A stretch of 25,303 bases of DNA from positions 1 to 25,303 of IMG/VR virus record IMGVR_UViG_3300021971_000015; one strand, given 5' to 3'. The translations under genes and the position numbers were made by a program. Every line of letters starts with the position of its first letter. The stretch's first letter is position 1. The notes beneath the pieces were generated by a model, which was not told the origin of the DNA, ran no database searches, and worked only from the letters and a program-made list of their open reading frames with translations. Positions 25,210 to 25,303 of this stretch are shown here, piece by piece. This DNA comes from a virus (taxonomy: Duplodnaviria; Caudoviricetes).

Positions 25210-25297
25210 TCATCCAAGATCTTGATTAAAGGGACGTACTACGTCCTCGGACTGGAAATAAAATTCCGCAAAATGTCTGAATCAGGATTTTGGGTGA
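25210..25297 (+). ncRNA. Putative structured RNA (three-way junction), family unknown; may continue past the window
   Basis: An 18-bp closing helix (25210-25227 / 25280-25297) with three G-U pairs encloses two internal stems. Lies downstream of a promoter, with no RBS-led ORF visible. Confidence 0.6.
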
Positions 25298-25303
25298 AAA
25301 TGG

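Noticed and set aside
25210-25297. Hammerhead ribozyme or known riboswitch
   Set aside because: No CUGANGA core and no recognisable aptamer consensus; kept only as an unknown structured RNA.

Overview
This window is a segment of a Firmicutes siphovirus genome, most likely a Lactobacillaceae phage (host inferred from the protein families, not proven). Positions 1-22851 (minus strand) hold an almost complete HK97-type late operon. In order it encodes small ORFs, an HNH nuclease, TerS, TerL, portal, protease-scaffold, major capsid protein, two FN3/Ig-like paralogues plus a remnant, a glycosyltransferase-like protein, four head-tail joining proteins, major tail protein, tail chaperones, tape measure with a lytic transglycosylase, Dit, Tal/RBP and a partial tail fibre. 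Positions 23260-25303 (plus strand) hold small early-type genes behind consensus sigma-A promoters. The most notable points are: (1) a putative virion decoration and O-glycosylation system, made of a GT95/GT96-like enzyme in the head module, poly-Thr/Ser tails on structural proteins, and a hidden +1 frameshift capsid extension that looks like the beta-strands missing from the neighbouring FN3-like proteins; (2) a recurrent 'hairpin + UACAU(A)' RNA element at many late-operon gene junctions and in two small arrays, nearly absent from coding sequence and matching the Firmicutes MazF cleavage motif; (3) a promoter-driven, strongly structured unannotated RNA at the right edge. All family assignments and counts were made by eye, with no database searches.
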